DNA from: Flectonema sp. DT1601
Lineage: Eukaryota
Length of the DNA stretch: 64,000 nucleotides
Assembly: GCA_964019425.1 (NCBI GenBank)
Contig: OZ025805.1
Location: 682,001 to 746,000 of the forward strand
Direction of reading: 5' to 3'
The notes under the pieces are model-generated. The model did no database searches, had not been told where the DNA came from, and saw only the letters and a list, made by a program, of their open reading frames with translations. A program made the position numbers and the translations under genes. Shown piece by piece: positions 59,309 through 64,000 of the stretch (the first letter of the stretch is position 1; the number at the start of each line of letters is the position of its first letter).

Positions 59309-61802
59309 CTCTGCCTCTCTCTTAATTCTGTTCGTTTCTTTGAAACGAAAATTCATTTGAATATTATTACTTGGTCAGCAACCATCATTGTCGCCCTTTG
59401 GGCCTGTTAAAAAAAATAAAAAATAAAAAGAAAGTTTACATCGGGAATAGGGCAGGAGCCAAAAGCTCCCAGTCCGTTACTTCCCACTTTATCGAAATTC
59501 ACCGTGTGTGGAACTGGCAGGTTTTTAAAAAATTTGCGTGGAGTTGGCAAGTTTTTTGAAAGTTTACGTGTGGAGCTGGCAGGTTTTTAAAAAATTGCGT
59601 GGAGTTGACAGGTTTTTTGAAACTTTGTGTGTGGGCTGACGAATTTTGCAAACTTTGCGTGTGGAGTTGGCAGGTTTTTTGAAACTTTGTGTGTGGAACT
59701 GGCAGGTTTTTAAAAAATTTGCGTGGAGTTGGCAAGTTTTTTGAAAGTTTGCGTGTGGAGCTGGCAGGTTTTTAAAAAAATTGTGTGTGGGCTGACGAAT
59801 TTTGCAAACTTTGCGTGTGGAGCTGGCACGTTTTTAAAAAATTTGCGTGGAGTTGAGGTTTTTTGAAACTTTGCGTGTGGGCTGACGAATTTTGCAAACT
59901 TTGCGTGTGGAGCTGGCACGTTTTTAAAAAAATTGCGTGGAGTTGGCAGGTTTTTTGAAACTTTGTGTGTGGAGCTAGCAAGTTTTTAAAAAATTTGCGT
60001 GGAATTGACAGGTTTTTTGAAACTTTGCGTGTGGGCTGACGAATTTTGCAAACTTTGCGTGTGGAGCTGGCAGGTTTTTAAAAAATTTGCGTGGAGTTGG
60101 CAGGTTTTTTGAAACTTTGTGTGTGGGCCGACGAATTTTGCAAACTTTGCGTGTGGAGCTGGCAGGTTTTCGAAAAAATTGCGTGGAGTTGGCAAGTTTT
60201 TTAAAACTTTGTGTGTGGGCTGACGAATTTTGCAAACTTTGCGTGTGGAGTTGGCAGGTTTTTTGATTTTTTTTTTTTTCATGTTTGATTATTTCCTCTT
60301 AATTCTGTTCGTTTCTTTGAAACGAAAATTCATTTGAATATTATTACTTGGTCAGCAACCATCATTGTCGCCCTTTGGGCCTGTTAAAAAAAATAAAAAA
60401 TAAAAAGAAAGTTTACATCGGGAATAGGGCAGGAGCCAAAAGCTCCCAGTCCGTTACTTCCCACTTTATCGAAATTCACCGTGTGTGGAACTGGCAGGTT
60501 TTTAAAAAATTTGCGTGGAGTTGGCAAGTTTTTTGAAAGTTTACGTGTGGAGCTGGCAGGTTTTTAAAAAATTTGCATGGAGTTGGCAGGTTTTTTGAAA
60601 CTTTGTGTGTGGGCCGACGAATTTTGCAAACTTTGCGTGTGGAGCTGGCAGGTTTTTAAAAATTTGCGTGGAGTTGTCAGGTTTTTTGAAACTTTGCGTG
60701 TGGGCTGACGAATGTTGCAAACTTTGCGTGTGGAGCTGGCAAAATTTGCGTGGAATTGGCAAGTTTTTCGAAAGTTTGTGTGTGGAATTGGCAGGTTTTT
60801 AAAAAAATTGCGTGGAGTTGGCAGGTTTTTTAAAACTTTGTGTGGGCTGACGAATTTTGCAAACTTTGCGTGTAGATGGCAGGTTTTGCAAAATTTGCAT
60901 GGAGTTGGCAGGTTTTTTGAAACTTTGTGTGTGGAACTGGCAGGTTTTTAAAAAATTTGCGTTGAGTTGACAGGTTTTTTGAAACTTTGTGTGTGGGCTG
61001 ACGAATGTTGCAAACTTTGTGTGTGGAGCTGGCAGGTTTTTAAAAACTTTGCGTGTGGAGCTGGCAGGTTTTTAAAAAAATTGCGTGGAGTTGACAGGTT
61101 TTTTGAAACTTTGTGTGTGGGCTGACGAATTTTGCAAACTTTGCGTGTGGAGTTGGCAGGTTTTTTGAAACTTTGTGTGTGGAACTGGCAGGTTTTTAAA
61201 AAATTTGCGTGGAGTTGGCAAGTTTTTTGAAAGTTTGCGTGTGGAGCTGGCAGGTTTTTAAAAAAATTGTGTGTGGGCTGACGAATTTTGCAAACTTTGC
61301 GTGTGGAGCTGGCACGTTTTTAAAAAATTTGCGTGGAGTTGAGGTTTTTTGAAACTTTGCGTGTGGGCTGACGAATTTTGCAAACTTTGCGTGTGGAGCT
61401 GGCACGTTTTTAAAAAAATTGCGTGGAGTTGGCAGGTTTTTTGAAACTTTGTGTGTGGAGCTAGCAAGTTTTTAAAAAATTTGCGTGGAATTGACAGGTT
61501 TTTTGAAACTTTGCGTGTGGGCTGACGAATTTTGCAAACTTTGCGTGTGGAGCTGGCAGGTTTTTAAAAATTTTGCGTGGAGTTGGCAGGTTTTTTGAAA
61601 CTTTGTGTGTGGGCCGACGAATTTTGCAAACTTTGCGTGTGGAGCTGGCAGGTTTTCGAAAAAATTGCGTGGAGTTGGCAAGTTTTTTAAAACTTTGTGT
61701 GTGGGCTGACGAATTTTGCAAACTTTGCGTGTGGAGTTGGCAGGTTTTTTGATTTTTTTTTTTTTCATGTTTGATTATTTCCTCTTCATATTTTTTTTTT
61801 TC

Positions 61803-61834
<32 letters not shown>

Positions 61835-64000
61835 CTCTGCCTCTCTCTTAATTCTGTTCGTTTCTTTGAAACGAAAATTCATTTGAATATTATTACTTGG
61901 TCAGCAACCATCATTGTCGCCCTTTGGGCCTGTTAAAAAAAATAAAAAATAAAAAGAAAGTTTACATCGGGAATAGGGCAGGAGCCAAAAGCTCCCAGTC
62001 CGTTACTTCCCACTTTATCGAAATTCACCGTGTGTGGAACTGGCAGGTTTTTAAAAAATTTGCGTGGAGTTGGCAAGTTTTTTGAAAGTTTACGTGTGGA
62101 GCTGGCAGGTTTTTAAAAAATTGCGTGGAGTTGACAGGTTTTTTGAAACTTTGTGTGTGGGCTGACGAATTTTGCAAACTTTGCGTGTGGAGTTGGCAGG
62201 TTTTTTGAAACTTTGTGTGTGGAACTGGCAGGTTTTTAAAAAATTTGCGTGGAGTTGGCAAGTTTTTTGAAAGTTTGCGTGTGGAGCTGGCAGGTTTTTA
62301 AAAAAATTGTGTGTGGGCTGACGAATTTTGCAAACTTTGCGTGTGGAGCTGGCACGTTTTTAAAAAATTTGCGTGGAGTTGAGGTTTTTTGAAACTTTGC
62401 GTGTGGGCTGACGAATTTTGCAAACTTTGCGTGTGGAGCTGGCACGTTTTTAAAAAAATTGCGTGGAGTTGGCAGGTTTTTTGAAACTTTGTGTGTGGAG
62501 CTAGCAAGTTTTTAAAAAATTTGCGTGGAATTGACAGGTTTTTTGAAACTTTGCGTGTGGGCTGACGAATTTTGCAAACTTTGCGTGTGGAGCTGGCAGG
62601 TTTTTAAAAAATTTGCGTGGAGTTGGCAGGTTTTTTGAAACTTTGTGTGTGGGCCGACGAATTTTGCAAACTTTGCGTGTGGAGCTGGCAGGTTTTCGAA
62701 AAAATTGCGTGGAGTTGGCAAGTTTTTTAAAACTTTGTGTGTGGGCTGACGAATTTTGCAAACTTTGCGTGTGGAGTTGGCAGGTTTTTTGATTTTTTTT
62801 TTTTTCATGTTTGATTATTTCCTCTTAATTCTGTTCGTTTCTTTGAAACGAAAATTCATTTGAATATTATTACTTGGTCAGCAACCATCATTGTCGCCCT
62901 TTGGGCCTGTTAAAAAAAATAAAAAATAAAAAGAAAGTTTACATCGGGAATAGGGCAGGAGCCAAAAGCTCCCAGTCCGTTACTTCCCACTTTATCGAAA
63001 TTCACCGTGTGTGGAACTGGCAGGTTTTTAAAAAATTTGCGTGGAGTTGGCAAGTTTTTTGAAAGTTTACGTGTGGAGCTGGCAGGTTTTTAAAAAATTT
63101 GCATGGAGTTGGCAGGTTTTTTGAAACTTTGTGTGTGGGCCGACGAATTTTGCAAACTTTGCGTGTGGAGCTGGCAGGTTTTTAAAAATTTGCGTGGAGT
63201 TGTCAGGTTTTTTGAAACTTTGCGTGTGGGCTGACGAATGTTGCAAACTTTGCGTGTGGAGCTGGCAAAATTTGCGTGGAATTGGCAAGTTTTTCGAAAG
63301 TTTGTGTGTGGAATTGGCAGGTTTTTAAAAAAATTGCGTGGAGTTGGCAGGTTTTTTAAAACTTTGTGTGGGCTGACGAATTTTGCAAACTTTGCGTGTA
63401 GATGGCAGGTTTTGCAAAATTTGCATGGAGTTGGCAGGTTTTTTGAAACTTTGTGTGTGGAACTGGCAGGTTTTTAAAAAATTTGCGTTGAGTTGACAGG
63501 TTTTTTGAAACTTTGTGTGTGGGCTGACGAATGTTGCAAACTTTGTGTGTGGAGCTGGCAGGTTTTTAAAAACTTTGCGTGTGGAGCTGGCAGGTTTTTA
63601 AAAAAATTGCGTGGAGTTGACAGGTTTTTTGAAACTTTGTGTGTGGGCTGACGAATTTTGCAAACTTTGCGTGTGGAGTTGGCAGGTTTTTTGAAACTTT
63701 GTGTGTGGAACTGGCAGGTTTTTAAAAAATTTGCGTGGAGTTGGCAAGTTTTTTGAAAGTTTGCGTGTGGAGCTGGCAGGTTTTTAAAAAAATTGTGTGT
63801 GGGCTGACGAATTTTGCAAACTTTGCGTGTGGAGCTGGCACGTTTTTAAAAAATTTGCGTGGAGTTGAGGTTTTTTGAAACTTTGCGTGTGGGCTGACGA
63901 ATTTTGCAAACTTTGCGTGTGGAGCTGGCACGTTTTTAAAAAAATTGCGTGGAGTTGGCAGGTTTTTTGAAACTTTGTGTGTGGAGCTAGCAAGTTTTTA
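43036..64000. repeat. Large GT-rich satellite array with higher-order repeats punctuated by a spacer of about 270 bp; continues past the window end
   Basis: Same 30-32-bp monomers as 32080-33413. The spacer marker (TTGGTCAGCAACC) is at 43635, 44490, 46218, 47767, 49914, 51957, 53747, 55296, 56273, 57822, 59371, 60348, 61897 and 62874. Periods are mostly 1549 and 977 bp. Confidence 0.97.

Noticed and set aside
43025..63993. Dozens of short ORFs (MPAPHAKFAKF…, MVSNHHCRPL…)
   Set aside because: They are translations of satellite monomers and the HOR spacer in several frames on both strands, with no protein-like features.
43036..64000. CRISPR-like periodicity of about 30 bp
   Set aside because: Monomers are contiguous variants of one another with no unique spacers. 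There are no cas genes and the context is eukaryotic.

Overview
AT-rich eukaryotic genomic DNA, probably a euglenozoan and most plausibly a diplonemid. This is inferred from short GT-AG introns, homopolymer-rich spacers, a receptor-type adenylate cyclase and the LSU rRNA variant. The left 28 kb has two minus-strand host genes. One is a giant intron-split RNF213/mysterin-like multi-AAA+ ATPase with PDZ-like and SPRY-like modules (12243 to <1, over 4000 aa, running off the window). The other is a two-TM class III adenylate cyclase (24867-27932). They are separated by about 12 kb of non-coding DNA that contains a cargo-carrying TIR element (16110-16890). From about 29 kb the window is a transposon/satellite domain. 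It holds a 2.7-kb TIR element with a broken transposase-like ORF (29287-31961), a hairpin-rich AT satellite, and an intact Mutator (MULE) transposon with TIRs and a 9-bp TSD (39418-42155). A 1.19-kb non-autonomous relative with the same TIRs (33880-35069) carries an LSU rRNA fragment, a GC hairpin and a tRNA-like Pol III cassette. A satellite of 30-32-bp monomers with higher-order repeats of about 1549 and 977 bp runs from about 43 kb to the window end. The most notable signal is a set of DNA transposons carrying rRNA-derived and tRNA-derived cargo, with the same tRNA-like module appearing in unrelated TIR families.
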